A stretch of DNA of 64,000 nt from a phage, in the sequence record PZ496581.1; one strand, 5' to 3'. Below, in pieces: positions 38,434 to 47,094 of the stretch (its first letter is position 1; every line of letters starts with the position of its first letter). The notes under the pieces are model-generated. The model did not search any database. It had not been told where the DNA came from and saw only the letters and a list, made by a program, of their open reading frames with translations. The position numbers and the translations under genes were made by a program.

Positions 38434-38973
38434 TCATTGCATTCCAATCACAAAAAATTGAGGACGAGCATTACCACCGATGCAATATTTGCTTTTGCAG
38501 CAGTGCTGTAATGTTTTAATGTGGACATTGTAAATCTTATCCATATCAGGAGCTTTAATAGGCTCGTCAATTATATACAGAATACGAGAAAGCGTTAATC
38601 CACGGAATTTAGAACCTTCATTGCCAATAAAACTACGAACAGAATCAGTAAATAAACGGAATCGAATATCATCGCTAGAATAACGAGAAAATTCTTTTTC
38701 AATGTTGCCAGCAGAAATTTTAGCATAAGCTGAAGTATTAGAAAGAACAATAACTGTTCCGCCATCATACAGCCAATTAGCAGCAAAGTTAGTCACAGCA
38801 ATTGATTTACCTGATTGTCGGCCACCGTCTAAACGAAGTGTACAGTACTGCTTGAGTACGTCTTCAAATGGTGGGACATAACCGTTCTTACAAATTTCTT
38901 CTACTCTAGCATCAGAATGGTGTGTAAAAGCATTCATCAGGGATAGATAAGGACCAGTTAAAAATGTTCTCAT
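38434..38973 (-). CDS. P-loop-like protein, 179 aa
   Basis: GGRQSGKS Walker-A-like motif. Confidence 0.5.
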   Translation of the reverse strand: MRTFLTGPYLSLMNAFTHHSDARVEEICKNGYVPPFEDVLKQYCTLRLDGGRQSGKSIAVTNFAANWLYDGGTVIVLSNTSAYAKISAGNIEKEFSRYSSDDIRFRLFTDSVRSFIGNEGSKFRGLTLSRILYIIDEPIKAPDMDKIYNVHIKTLQHCCKSKYCIGGNARPQFFVIGMQ

Positions 38974-39145
38974 TTAGTTTCTCTTTTAGGTTGGGCCATT
39001 CCGTGGCACATGTTAGGTCCTTCGACTCGCTATGTAAACCCATTACCGCATTGCGCTCGACCTTATTACAGGTTGGAAAAGGTACATCACTCAGAGGACT
39101 CGACGTTCATAAGGAGAGGTTGCGTTTCCCTTTATTAGGCAAGAA

Positions 39146-39475
39146 TTATACTCTAGGCTTTTGAGCTTGTTTGGTATTGGATTCCCATGCGGCTTTGGTA
39201 ATTTTGTTAGCGGCATAACCAAAGGCATTAGATAGAACACCTTTAGAGTTGAATACATCCAATCCAATAAGTACACCGGCTGTGTTAAATTTAGGAGCAA
39301 AGTACGCATTAGTTTTAGAAAGAGCTTTTTTCAATTCAGGGTCTTGAACCAAGCCATCAAAAACGCCTTTACTATTTACTTTATATGTTACTTTGGGATT
39401 TTTACCTTCTTCGATAGCAGCTTTCTGTTCCGCAGATAATGTAACTTCAGTGATAAACTCCTGATATGTTTTCAA
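39146..39475 (-). CDS. internal-protein-like (capsid targeting sequence MKTYQEFITE), 109 aa
   Basis: N-terminal CTS-like decapeptide ending in Glu; apparent TTG start. Confidence 0.55.
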   Translation of the reverse strand: MKTYQEFITEVTLSAEQKAAIEEGKNPKVTYKVNSKGVFDGLVQDPELKKALSKTNAYFAPKFNTAGVLIGLDVFNSKGVLSNAFGYAANKITKAAWESNTKQAQKPRV

Positions 39476-39500
39476 TTTGTTCCTATTGTTTTAATTTATG

Positions 39501-39815
39501 TTATTCTTTAGGGAAGTTTTTAGAGTATGCATCATAAAGTTTATTACCAATACGACGGAAGACTTTAGCTGCAAAACGGTTTTCAGGGTTTTTAATCATG
39601 ATTTGCATCATGTAAGTTCCTGCATCCGAAAGAGCTTCTTCATAATACCCATTAATTTCTTTAAGAGTCCTACGTTTACCACCAGGACCATCAACAGTAA
39701 TTTTCCATTTACCTGTAGAAGTGCGGCTCGGTGGCTCAACTTGTTCAATCCAAATATAACCACCTTCAACGCGTTGGTTGGCGGATTCTGCAATAAATTC
39801 TTTATACGTTTTCAT
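39501..39815 (-). CDS. internal-protein-like (CTS MKTYKEFIAE), 104 aa
   Basis: ATG start; CTS-like N-terminus. Confidence 0.6.
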   Translation of the reverse strand: MKTYKEFIAESANQRVEGGYIWIEQVEPPSRTSTGKWKITVDGPGGKRRTLKEINGYYEEALSDAGTYMMQIMIKNPENRFAAKVFRRIGNKLYDAYSKNFPKE

Positions 39816-39878
39816 TTTTGTTTCCTTGTTTGTTTTGATAGAGTAATTATACCATATTAATACTTAAGCGTAAACCGT

Positions 39879-40139
39879 TTAAGCTTTACCGCCAGAAATA
39901 ATTCCGAAGTTGTTAAAATCATATCCAATATCGTCAACATCTACTTTAGGACTTGCTACAACATAAGCAATTTCACTACGTTTTGCATAGGTGTTGATTT
40001 CTTTACCATTGCCACCTAAGAAAGAATACCCATTACGTTTTAATGAGCCAAAGTCTTCCGCATCACCAATGAAAGCTTTAACTTTAAATTTAGGGTCTTT
40101 GGTATCTGCTTCAACGATAAATTCTTGATACATTTTCAT
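39879..40139 (-). CDS. internal-protein-like (CTS MKMYQEFIVE), 86 aa
   Basis: ATG start; CTS-like N-terminus. Confidence 0.6.
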   Translation of the reverse strand: MKMYQEFIVEADTKDPKFKVKAFIGDAEDFGSLKRNGYSFLGGNGKEINTYAKRSEIAYVVASPKVDVDDIGYDFNNFGIISGGKA

Positions 40140-40145
40140 TTTTCC

Positions 40146-40559
40146 TTAGTAAATTGATTTACCATAGTATTTGTACCAAGTCGGACGTTGAGCAATTTTT
40201 TCATCTAAGCGTGCTTGACTTATCGCAATGGACGCTTCGGGCGGGACATAATTATTACGAAATTCGGCAGGGATGTCGGAAATATCCTGGACTGTCGTGT
40301 CCTTGATTTTGAAACCACGTTTCAAACATTCAGCGATTAGCTCGATTTGACGTAAACGTAAAAATTCGAGTTTGTCGTAAAAGAATGTTACGTGACCTGT
40401 GCCTAAGATAAATGTTGGAGAGATTTTAAAATCCTTTACACGTTTACCGTTTTGAACATGTTTACGGACTGCACCAAATACGCGTGGTAATTCACGATAC
40501 TCAGCCATAAGATGTTGGTCGGTCAGTTCAGAAACAAGTGTTAAATTGATACGGGTCAT
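40146..40559 (-). CDS. denV: endonuclease V (pyrimidine-dimer DNA glycosylase) DenV
   Basis: [12 protein letters not shown]...[16 protein letters not shown] matches T4 DenV as recalled; start trimmed to MTRINL. Confidence 0.9.
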   Translation of the reverse strand: MTRINLTLVSELTDQHLMAEYRELPRVFGAVRKHVQNGKRVKDFKISPTFILGTGHVTFFYDKLEFLRLRQIELIAECLKRGFKIKDTTVQDISDIPAEFRNNYVPPEASIAISQARLDEKIAQRPTWYKYYGKSIY

Positions 40560-40582
40560 AATTTCCTCCAAGTAGTTGATGA

Positions 40583-40616
40583 ATGTATAGTATCAAAGTC
40601 CTTGGAGGAAGTAAAC
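40583..40616 (-). promoter_or_regulatory. early-type promoter of denV; spacer TTCCTCCAAG is the inverse complement of the RBS region CTTGGAGGAA
   Basis: Minus strand GTTTACttcctccaaggactttgatacTATACATtcatcaactacttggaggaaattATG. Confidence 0.55.
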
Positions 40617-40617
40617 A

Positions 40618-40899
40618 CTATTTTTCTGAAGCGCCTGAAATATATTTTTCAAGACGTTGTTTCATCAGCGAGCCGTTCTTAGCGATTTCTTCCGGTTTAT
40701 CGCACATACGTAACAAGGCTTCAAGCTTAGCGATATCGCTGGTACGTTCAAATTTGCGAGTATCTATCTTACTAGCAAGTTCAGAAATACGTGCTAGTAG
40801 ACTTTCGGCTTCAACCAAAGCTGCACCTAGCTTAGTTGCAAATGTGTCAGTAGCTTCGTTAAGAATAGATTCTGATAAAAATTCACTATATGTTTTCAT
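40618..40899 (-). CDS. internal-protein-like ([13 protein letters not shown]), about 94 aa
   Basis: Start trimmed to MKTYSEF. Confidence 0.55.
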   Translation of the reverse strand: MKTYSEFLSESILNEATDTFATKLGAALVEAESLLARISELASKIDTRKFERTSDIAKLEALLRMCDKPEEIAKNGSLMKQRLEKYISGASEK

Positions 40900-41384
40900 A
40901 TATACGCTTTCCAAGTTCCTGTTTTAAATGTTGAGATTACGCGTTTCGCGCGATTAGGTGTCTGACGATACCATTTAGATTGGGCTAGATTTACTGCCGC
41001 TTCATCCCAACGTTTCTGTTGAAGCATACGAAGAGAATTAGTAAAACCAGCGACGCCTGCTACACCCATTTGGAAGACCATATTGACCAATGCACATCGA
41101 CGAACCGCATCTAAAGAATCATATACCGGTTTAAGTTTAGCATTACCCAAGATTCCGCGAACGGCTTTATCGACGTCTTCATTAAATAGCTTTTCAGCCT
41201 CATCAAGGGTAATTGTACCGTTGCATTTACGTCCGATCATTCTGTCAAGTTCAGCTTTAGCTACGGCTAAAGACGGGTTCTTTGTTACTAAATGGCCTAT
41301 GCCAATCGTCCAAAAGCCTTCAGTGTCTTTGTATAAAGTCAGTCTAAGACCTTCGTCATTACGAAGCATTTCAAATATATTCAT
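40896..41384 (-). CDS. e: lysozyme e (endolysin), 162 aa
   Basis: [15 protein letters not shown]...TIGIGHL matches T4 lysozyme as recalled; start trimmed to MNIFEML. Confidence 0.93.
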   Translation of the reverse strand: MNIFEMLRNDEGLRLTLYKDTEGFWTIGIGHLVTKNPSLAVAKAELDRMIGRKCNGTITLDEAEKLFNEDVDKAVRGILGNAKLKPVYDSLDAVRRCALVNMVFQMGVAGVAGFTNSLRMLQQKRWDEAAVNLAQSKWYRQTPNRAKRVISTFKTGTWKAYI

Positions 41385-41412
41385 AATACCTCCCACGTTT
41401 ATAGGAGGTATT
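41385..41412 (-). promoter_or_regulatory. RBS-sequestering inverted repeat upstream of lysozyme e (AUACCUCC...GGAGGUAU)
   Basis: 8-bp inverted repeat with the SD in the 3' arm, directly 5' of the ATG. Confidence 0.5.
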
Positions 41413-41418
41413 TATTAC

Positions 41419-41877
41419 TTATAGGAGGGTAGTGAGCACCTTATATAATGATTTGCCCATTACATATTCCCATTGAGAAGGTTTAATTAAAGCGAATGCA
41501 TCAAATTCAGGAATCTGTCGTCCGTCTGGGAATGTATGATAGGAATTACAAACACTGTTTCTGAATTGCTCGTGCTCTACAGGGATGGTATATAGGAACA
41601 GATGAATATTCTTATTGTCTGAGTAATGATGTTCACCTAGGTCTTTCAGGAAGGCAGGGTCATATTGTGTAAACCCAGTTTCTTCTTCGCATTCACGAAT
41701 AGCGGCTTCAATAGGAGATTCACCCGGCTCGACACGTCCTTTAGGAATATCCCACCGATGAGCTAAAGAACCTTTAGGACGAGAACCAGTTACACGCCCC
41801 ATGAATAATTCTTTATCTTCGGTAAGGAAAATAATACCGGCTGATAGTTCTTTCACTTTATTTTTCTTACTCATCAT
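41419..41877 (-). CDS. nudE: Nudix hydrolase NudE
   Basis: Nudix box GRVEPGESPIEAAIRECEEETG. Confidence 0.85.
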   Translation of the reverse strand: MMSKKNKVKELSAGIIFLTEDKELFMGRVTGSRPKGSLAHRWDIPKGRVEPGESPIEAAIRECEEETGFTQYDPAFLKDLGEHHYSDNKNIHLFLYTIPVEHEQFRNSVCNSYHTFPDGRQIPEFDAFALIKPSQWEYVMGKSLYKVLTTLL

Positions 41878-42118
41878 CTCGGTCCCATGATTTGGCCATT
41901 AATTCGGACATAAATTCTTCAATGCGCGTTTCTTTAGATGGACTTTCACTATTAGAGACCGCAAGTTTGTAATCTGCAATAGGACAGAACATATCAAGGT
42001 CCATATTAAGGTCGTCTTTGATTTTTTCTTCTGACACATCTTTATCGTATGTGTACAGATAACTATCACATGATTCTGATTTAATGTAAATTGCTATACT
42101 CATCTCAAATTCCTGCAT
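41867..42118 (-). CDS. hypothetical protein, 83 aa
   Basis: ORF track. Confidence 0.45.
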   Translation of the reverse strand: MQEFEMSIAIYIKSESCDSYLYTYDKDVSEEKIKDDLNMDLDMFCPIADYKLAVSNSESPSKETRIEEFMSELMAKSWDRDDE

Positions 42119-42591
42119 TCGGTAATAAAACGTTCAACTTCATTATTCTTGGCTTTTATCTTGTCTTTATGTTCTTGTAAACTACTTTTAATAAGATTAA
42201 TAATGATGGCGACAGTGCCGCCGCCAATGATGCCACCAATAATACTTACGATAGTAGATGCTAATAAGATAGCAATAATATCAACAAAACCGAAAGAACT
42301 CACCTTAGTACTAAAAAACCATACCGATGGTACAAATATAATCCATCCTGCTATCCATTGGCACTTATTGAAAAACTTTTCAAGATCAGCTTGAGTTGTT
42401 CGTATTACTTCATCGATAGGTTGATAACCGTTAATGTATCTGTTCACGATAATACCTGCTGGCTGGTCGATTTTAAATTCTTGGCAAATACGTTTAACTA
42501 AGTAGGATGGACATCCTGTCCAATCTACTGAATAGTATGAAATACCTTTATTGCCGTCGTCTATATTAGACCAATATGTTTTGTTAATCAT
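42100..42591 (-). CDS. membrane protein, 163 aa
   Basis: Hydrophobic segments, Gly-rich helix IIGGIIGGG. Confidence 0.5.
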   Translation of the reverse strand: MINKTYWSNIDDGNKGISYYSVDWTGCPSYLVKRICQEFKIDQPAGIIVNRYINGYQPIDEVIRTTQADLEKFFNKCQWIAGWIIFVPSVWFFSTKVSSFGFVDIIAILLASTIVSIIGGIIGGGTVAIIINLIKSSLQEHKDKIKAKNNEVERFITECRNLR

Positions 42592-43160
42592 TACCAGCCT
42601 TCCATAGGGAATTCCAGATAAACTTGAGCGTTGACACGAATTTCATTGGTAATCTTTTTAACTCGGTCTGTATTACGAGATACACGTCCGAACCAACGCC
42701 ATCCATTACTAATTGCACGAGAACCAGTGTGCCATGTTTGCCAATCAAACTGAAGAAGAGTACGGTCCGGAGCTTCCCATTTCTCTAGTTCACCTTTTTC
42801 AATTTTTTCGAGGACTTCTTTGTGCCACTGACGATAGATAAGTTCGCCATCAGAAGTTTTAACATCTACAACCCAATCGCCATCTTTCTCTTCAACCTGT
42901 GGTTTATCCCAAGAAATACTAATATATGATTCACTGTCAATAGAAGTCGCCGGGTTTTTCTTTACTGTAAGACCTTCACTTTCCAGCCATTCAATAGTAT
43001 TTGCGCATAACTCAGAAGAACACCTCATCGGAAACCGGCAAGATTTTTCACCTTTAGCTGCGGTGTTATACATCTTTTCTAAAATACGCTTTTGCACGTT
43101 TTTAAAAATAGTTTCAGCCGATTCTTCAGATTTTTTATTCAGTTCAGTATAAAGACTCAT
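42591..43160 (-). CDS. hypothetical protein, 189 aa
   Basis: ATG with AGAGGAAAA SD; early promoter at about 43185-43217 upstream. Confidence 0.55.
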   Translation of the reverse strand: MSLYTELNKKSEESAETIFKNVQKRILEKMYNTAAKGEKSCRFPMRCSSELCANTIEWLESEGLTVKKNPATSIDSESYISISWDKPQVEEKDGDWVVDVKTSDGELIYRQWHKEVLEKIEKGELEKWEAPDRTLLQFDWQTWHTGSRAISNGWRWFGRVSRNTDRVKKITNEIRVNAQVYLEFPMEGW

Positions 43161-43184
43161 AACATTTTCCTCTGTAGTTGATAA

Positions 43185-43217
43185 GTCTATAGTATCACAT
43201 CTAGGGAAGAAGTAAAC
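43185..43217 (-). promoter_or_regulatory. early-type promoter
   Basis: Minus strand GTTTACttcttccctagatgtgatacTATAGAC. Confidence 0.5.
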
Positions 43218-43269
43218 AACTTTTTTAGTAAGTTATAGACCCCCTAATGGGGACCGAAGTCCCCATTCT

Positions 43270-43896
43270 TTACTTACGAGTTTTTGCATACTGAGCAGCG
43301 TCAGCAGCCAAACGACCTGCTTGTCGAAGTTTTTCTTTAATCTCATCATGAAGTGGTTGAGTATACTTCAAACCTTCGATAGTCAAATAAAGACGATAAA
43401 GGTCTGGGGTATCAAGGTTGTTGATATGTTGGCCATTACGAAGAATATTGAATTCACGAACGAGTGAAGATGTATCAGATTCAATATCACGAACAAGCGA
43501 AGATAGTTGTTTATATTTTTTTTCCAGGCTAGAAGTATCAAACTTAAGAGCAGGAGCTTTAGGAGTTGCTTTTACTTCCGGCTTAGGCTCAGGTTTTGCT
43601 ATTGCTTTAGGGGACGCAGGTTTAGGAATGGTAGGAGCAGGTTTTACTTTAGGCGAACCCGATTTAGCAGAAACACCACCACTAACAATATCTTTGAATG
43701 CTTTAGAAGCTCTGTAATATTCTTTTTGGCTGGAAGTGTCGATACCGTACATGGCTTGAACGTTTTTGAAAAACTCTGTACTAGTTTTTGTACCAGAAAT
43801 AGCATCGTAAGCAGCTTGCCATTTCTCTTTTGTCATACGTACACCGGCTTCGGTGATTACTTCCGTTTCGGCTAAAAATTCATTAAAAGTATACAT
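43270..43896 (-). CDS. internal-protein-like (CTS-like MYTFNEFLAE), 208 aa, Pro/Lys/Ala-rich middle
   Basis: ATG start; CTS-like N-terminus; late promoter TATAAATA upstream. Confidence 0.55.
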   Translation of the reverse strand: MYTFNEFLAETEVITEAGVRMTKEKWQAAYDAISGTKTSTEFFKNVQAMYGIDTSSQKEYYRASKAFKDIVSGGVSAKSGSPKVKPAPTIPKPASPKAIAKPEPKPEVKATPKAPALKFDTSSLEKKYKQLSSLVRDIESDTSSLVREFNILRNGQHINNLDTPDLYRLYLTIEGLKYTQPLHDEIKEKLRQAGRLAADAAQYAKTRK

Positions 43897-43931
43897 TGAT
43901 GGTCCTTAGAAAGTAGGTTTATTGTTTACTA

Positions 43932-43939
43932 TATTTATA
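43932..43939 (-). promoter_or_regulatory. late promoter TATAAATA
   Basis: Minus-strand TATAAATA about 35 nt upstream of the 43896 ATG. Confidence 0.55.
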
Positions 43940-43940
43940 C

Positions 43941-43969
43941 AAAAAAGCCCCAACCTTTCGGAAGGGGCT
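43941..43969 (-). terminator. rho-independent terminator, second copy of the 33436-33464 element
   Basis: GCCCC...GGGGC hairpin plus U-tract; ends the tRNA/small-RNA transcript. Confidence 0.65.
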
Positions 43970-44011
43970 ATATACCTTGTCGGGTTCCCACCTGCTAAGG
44001 CAAGTGTTTGT

Positions 44012-44103
44012 ACGAAACGCCGGGATTCGAACCCGGTTATTAAGCAGTTGACGCTACTCAATATTTTTAAAAGGCCATATCTCGACCATATCCGAACGTT
44101 CCG
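44012..44103 (-). ncRNA. tRNA-like small RNA (canonical T-arm, paired acceptor ends; no clean cloverleaf)
   Basis: Minus strand has CCGGG-TTCGAAT-CCCGG and complementary 7-nt ends CGGAACG/CGTTTCG; about 92 nt. Confidence 0.3.
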
Positions 44104-44635
44104 TCAAAAACGCTACTCGGCTTACGGCAAAGATATTTCCTCGAATCGATAATTCTGTGCGCCGTTTCTGCTGTGATGTAAGGGGATATTAACGAATCAT
44201 AAAGATTTATTAAGACCAGTCCTTACTCAGGGAACATCAGTCCGACGACTTGCCGGTAGCGACCCGGCTTCTTATTTTGGCATATCATCAATTTGCTCTC
44301 GACGCCGACGCCATAGATTAATCGCTTCATAAACACATTCAGCATTTGGTATATGACGACAATAGTATAGTGATTCGCGTTTCTGGAACCGATGTTGTAA
44401 TGGAATTTCGTTTAAAAGGTCTTTACGGTCAAAGTATTCAAAACTAGTTAACCCTGAACGGTTTTTAAGAAACTTCCAATGTCCGAATTCATTTTGAAAA
44501 TAGACATAATCAGCATGCTGATACAGCGAATTAATTAACCTATCGGAAATAACTGTTTCACGTTCGTTAAAATAAAACGTTAAGTCATGAACTACCAGAT
44601 AAATATTGCCCTTTCATATTTTCCTCACTTGAAGT

Positions 44636-44711
44636 TGGTGCCTCTAGAAAGATTTGAACTCTCACCATTAACCTTAGAATGATTATATGCTATCCATTAC
44701 ACTATAGAGGC
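44636..44711 (-). tRNA. tRNA-Arg (anticodon TCT)
   Basis: Hand-folded cloverleaf: acceptor GCCTCTA/TAGAGGC, anticodon loop ATTCTAA, T-loop TTCAAAT, encoded CCA; 76 nt. Confidence 0.8.
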
Positions 44712-45362
44712 AATTAAATTATTTACAATATCTTCTTTATAAACTTCAGCATAATGAAGTTCATATATTTCCCATCCTAATGATTTTATAATATCATGGC
44801 GTTCTTTATAATAAGGGGCCAAAATCTTTTTCTTAGGATTGGAGTAATGTTGATTTCCATTAACTTCAATAATAATCTTTTTATCTATTAAAGCGATATC
44901 CGTGCAATACGCTCGGTTTTTAACCGGTTGGTATTCTTCAATAAATGAAATTCCGTTTTCTATTAATTTAGATTTCAAAAATTCACAAGGCACAGATTTA
45001 AATTTTGTATTTTTCTTCCAAGGATGTTTATCGGGGTTTTCATTCAACCATTTTTTCCGAGCATTAGATATTTTTATTCTAGATTCCTCAGAGTGTTCTC
45101 TACCTAATGAAGCGGCTGACAATTTTTGTCTAGTCTCTTCCGAAATTACTACAGGAACACCAGTCTTTTTAGATACAACATACTGGTTTAAATTACCTGA
45201 AGCTATACGTGCTTTATTCATTGCTGCAATGGCTGATTTAGAACTTTCTTTATACAATTCCAATTTAGGGTTGGATTTACACCATCTAGTGTGGTTAGCC
45301 ATCCATCCTTTAGGTTTATTAGAAATATCAAATTCCATATTACAATGTTTACAAATGCTCAT
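44697..45362 (-). CDS. freestanding endonuclease-like protein (N-terminal Zn finger, NUMOD-like repeats, C-terminal DUF559/Vsr-like nuclease motif), about 221 aa
   Basis: CKHC...HTRWC; IALIDKKIIIEVNGNQHY motif; lies inside the tRNA cluster; stop overlaps tRNA-Arg 3' end. Confidence 0.55.
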   Translation of the reverse strand: MSICKHCNMEFDISNKPKGWMANHTRWCKSNPKLELYKESSKSAIAAMNKARIASGNLNQYVVSKKTGVPVVISEETRQKLSAASLGREHSEESRIKISNARKKWLNENPDKHPWKKNTKFKSVPCEFLKSKLIENGISFIEEYQPVKNRAYCTDIALIDKKIIIEVNGNQHYSNPKKKILAPYYKERHDIIKSLGWEIYELHYAEVYKEDIVNNLIASIV

Positions 45363-45372
45363 TACCAATTAT

Positions 45373-45390
45373 CTCCTATAAATATAGGAG
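45373..45390 (-). promoter_or_regulatory. perfect 8-bp palindrome CTCCTATA-aa-TATAGGAG over the endonuclease RBS
   Basis: Hairpin would sequester the AGGAG SD of the 45362 ATG. Confidence 0.45.
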
Positions 45391-45435
45391 TATTTATTAT
45401 TTGGATAGAGCACTTAATTTACTTCGTTTAAATTA

Positions 45436-45507
45436 CTGGCGCACTTGGACTCGAACCAAGATAAAGGAGTTAACAGCTCCCCGTAATAACCTTTATACGA
45501 TGCACCA
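45436..45507 (-). tRNA. tRNA-Asn (anticodon GTT), no encoded CCA
   Basis: Hand-folded: acceptor TGGTGCA/TGCGCCA, anticodon loop CTGTTAA, T-arm CTTGG-TTCGAGT-CCAAG; 72 nt. Confidence 0.6.
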
Positions 45508-45513
45508 TTTGTT

Positions 45514-45588
45514 TGGTGACCCTGGCTGGTTTCGATCCAGCTACCTATCAGTTATGAGCTGACAGCTCTCCCATTGAGCTACAGGGCC
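45514..45588 (-). tRNA. tRNA with CAT anticodon (elongator Met or Ile2), encoded CCA
   Basis: Hand-folded: acceptor GGCCCTG/CAGGGTC, D-arm GCTC-AATGGGA-GAGC, anticodon loop CTCATAA; 75 nt. Confidence 0.8.
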
Positions 45589-45667
45589 TAAATAACTTTC
45601 TATTATGAAAGGCACTTTAGAGCACCTTTGGTAATAGAGGGTACGAATTAATAATAACACATAATTC

Positions 45668-46183
45668 TTAAAGCAAATCAATCATTTTAACAGTTGGCAA
45701 AACGATTTCTTCTTCAATATAAGCAAATTCAACACATTCAACTACACGCAAGAAATCATAATCATAATATTCAGAAGCATGGCCAAGAATATCAATGAGA
45801 CCTTCTGATACCAAATATCCATTCTCACGGAACAGGTCGAATACACGCGATTCGTCTTCTTCAGATTTATTACCAAGGTCGACTTCAATATCAAAGACCT
45901 TTTTAATGAATTCTGGATAAAGCTGGTCTGAGAACAGTCCTTCAACCAAGTATTCATAGATTAAAAGCGAGCAATCACTGAATGGTGTATTACCACAGTA
46001 ACGTTCAGCTTTAGTGCTAGAATGACGACTCTTAAATTTCTTCAAGAGATATTTAAACTGTTGGAGCTCATGCTCTTCCACACCAAATAATGTTTTGGTT
46101 TTATAGTTGTCGCCGTCATTTTCCGAAGTAGTGACATCAATTACGTAACCCTTAGGAATTGTACTGCCTAAACAAATATTCAT
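45668..46183 (-). CDS. hypothetical protein, 171 aa
   Basis: ORF track. Confidence 0.55.
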   Translation of the reverse strand: MNICLGSTIPKGYVIDVTTSENDGDNYKTKTLFGVEEHELQQFKYLLKKFKSRHSSTKAERYCGNTPFSDCSLLIYEYLVEGLFSDQLYPEFIKKVFDIEVDLGNKSEEDESRVFDLFRENGYLVSEGLIDILGHASEYYDYDFLRVVECVEFAYIEEEIVLPTVKMIDLL

Positions 46184-46187
46184 TTAC

Positions 46188-46478
46188 TCACCGTACCATA
46201 TTAATGTAATTATATTCAATGCAACGTAATTTCAAAGGATTCTTGAAAATATCATATTCAAGAGGGCCTTTTTCTGTTTCAATAAAGAAATCAAAGTTAA
46301 CTGTGTTAAATTTATCATCTTCACAGAGTAATTTAACCTGTGAAGATGAACGGTCGATATAAACCTTTTCAACCTCAAAGTTAGTCAGAATACCGTAGTC
46401 ATCGACTAGTGCTTTAGCTGCACGTTGATCGCTTTCATATCCATTCTCAATGGACGATACTTTAGCATAAAGAATCAT
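46188..46478 (-). CDS. hypothetical protein, 96 aa
   Basis: ORF track. Confidence 0.5.
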   Translation of the reverse strand: MILYAKVSSIENGYESDQRAAKALVDDYGILTNFEVEKVYIDRSSSQVKLLCEDDKFNTVNFDFFIETEKGPLEYDIFKNPLKLRCIEYNYINMVR

Positions 46479-46855
46479 GAATGTTCCACCATTTCAAAGG
46501 TATGAGCATCAACAATATGATACCAGTCAAAATTTTCTTCTGCGTTTTTATAAATTTCGCGAAGAGCCTCAACAGTTTTTCCTGTAGCAACAAGGTCGTC
46601 AATACCACCAAGAGGATAACAGTCATAACCAGCAAACAGAAGGAAATTAATAGTTTCTGTAGGTTCTGGATGCAGAACACCGTTATCGTCTACCACTTCA
46701 AAGAAAGTGTAAGAAGGAGTACAAGTTTTAATCCAAGCCCATGCTTGAGCTGCTGAATCAAATGGTCTGCGTATCAAACGACAATCAGGGTCTTTAGAAG
46801 GATTTGCTTCAAAATCCGCATATACGTGATATTTCATTTTACTCACCTTTTGCAA
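46475..46855 (-). CDS. hypothetical protein, 126 aa
   Basis: ORF track. Confidence 0.5.
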   Translation of the reverse strand: MQKVSKMKYHVYADFEANPSKDPDCRLIRRPFDSAAQAWAWIKTCTPSYTFFEVVDDNGVLHPEPTETINFLLFAGYDCYPLGGIDDLVATGKTVEALREIYKNAEENFDWYHIVDAHTFEMVEHS

Positions 46856-47045
46856 TTTTATCCATAACGATAGCGATTAAGCCGATTAGAAATGCTACTA
46901 CCAATGAGATAGAGTTTTCAGTTGTTGTCAGTAGTCCACAAATGAATCCTACAAACATCGAAAAACTAAAAGCCATTGAAGCAATTACTACAGCAACATT
47001 ACGAATCAGTTCAGCGCGTTTCATTTTATTTCTCCATTTACTCAT
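46839..47045 (-). CDS. small membrane protein
   Basis: Hydrophobic core; true start may be ATG 47024. Confidence 0.45.
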   Translation of the reverse strand: MSKWRNKMKRAELIRNVAVVIASMAFSFSMFVGFICGLLTTTENSISLVVAFLIGLIAIVMDKIAKGE

Positions 47046-47059
47046 TTGTTTTGATAGGA

Positions 47060-47091
47060 CTACTATAACATAGTCCTATCAGCATGTAAAC
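47060..47091 (-). promoter_or_regulatory. early-type promoter with GATAGGACTA/TAGTCCTATC inverted repeat around the -10
   Basis: Minus strand GTTTACatgctgataggactaTGTTATAGTagtcctatc. Confidence 0.5.
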
Positions 47092-47094
47092 TAC

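Noticed and set aside
38127-38973. 38127..38408 and 38434..38973 as one gene split by a frameshift
   Set aside because: The two frames are not reconciled by a single indel near the junction; a stop lies immediately upstream of the downstream ORF in its own frame
44012-44103. Canonical tRNA call for the T-arm-bearing element
   Set aside because: I could not build a D-arm or anticodon arm of standard geometry by hand; kept only as a low-confidence tRNA-like ncRNA
45376-45383. Plus-strand TATAAATA as a late promoter
   Set aside because: No plus-strand gene follows; the motif is one half of the palindrome over the endonuclease RBS
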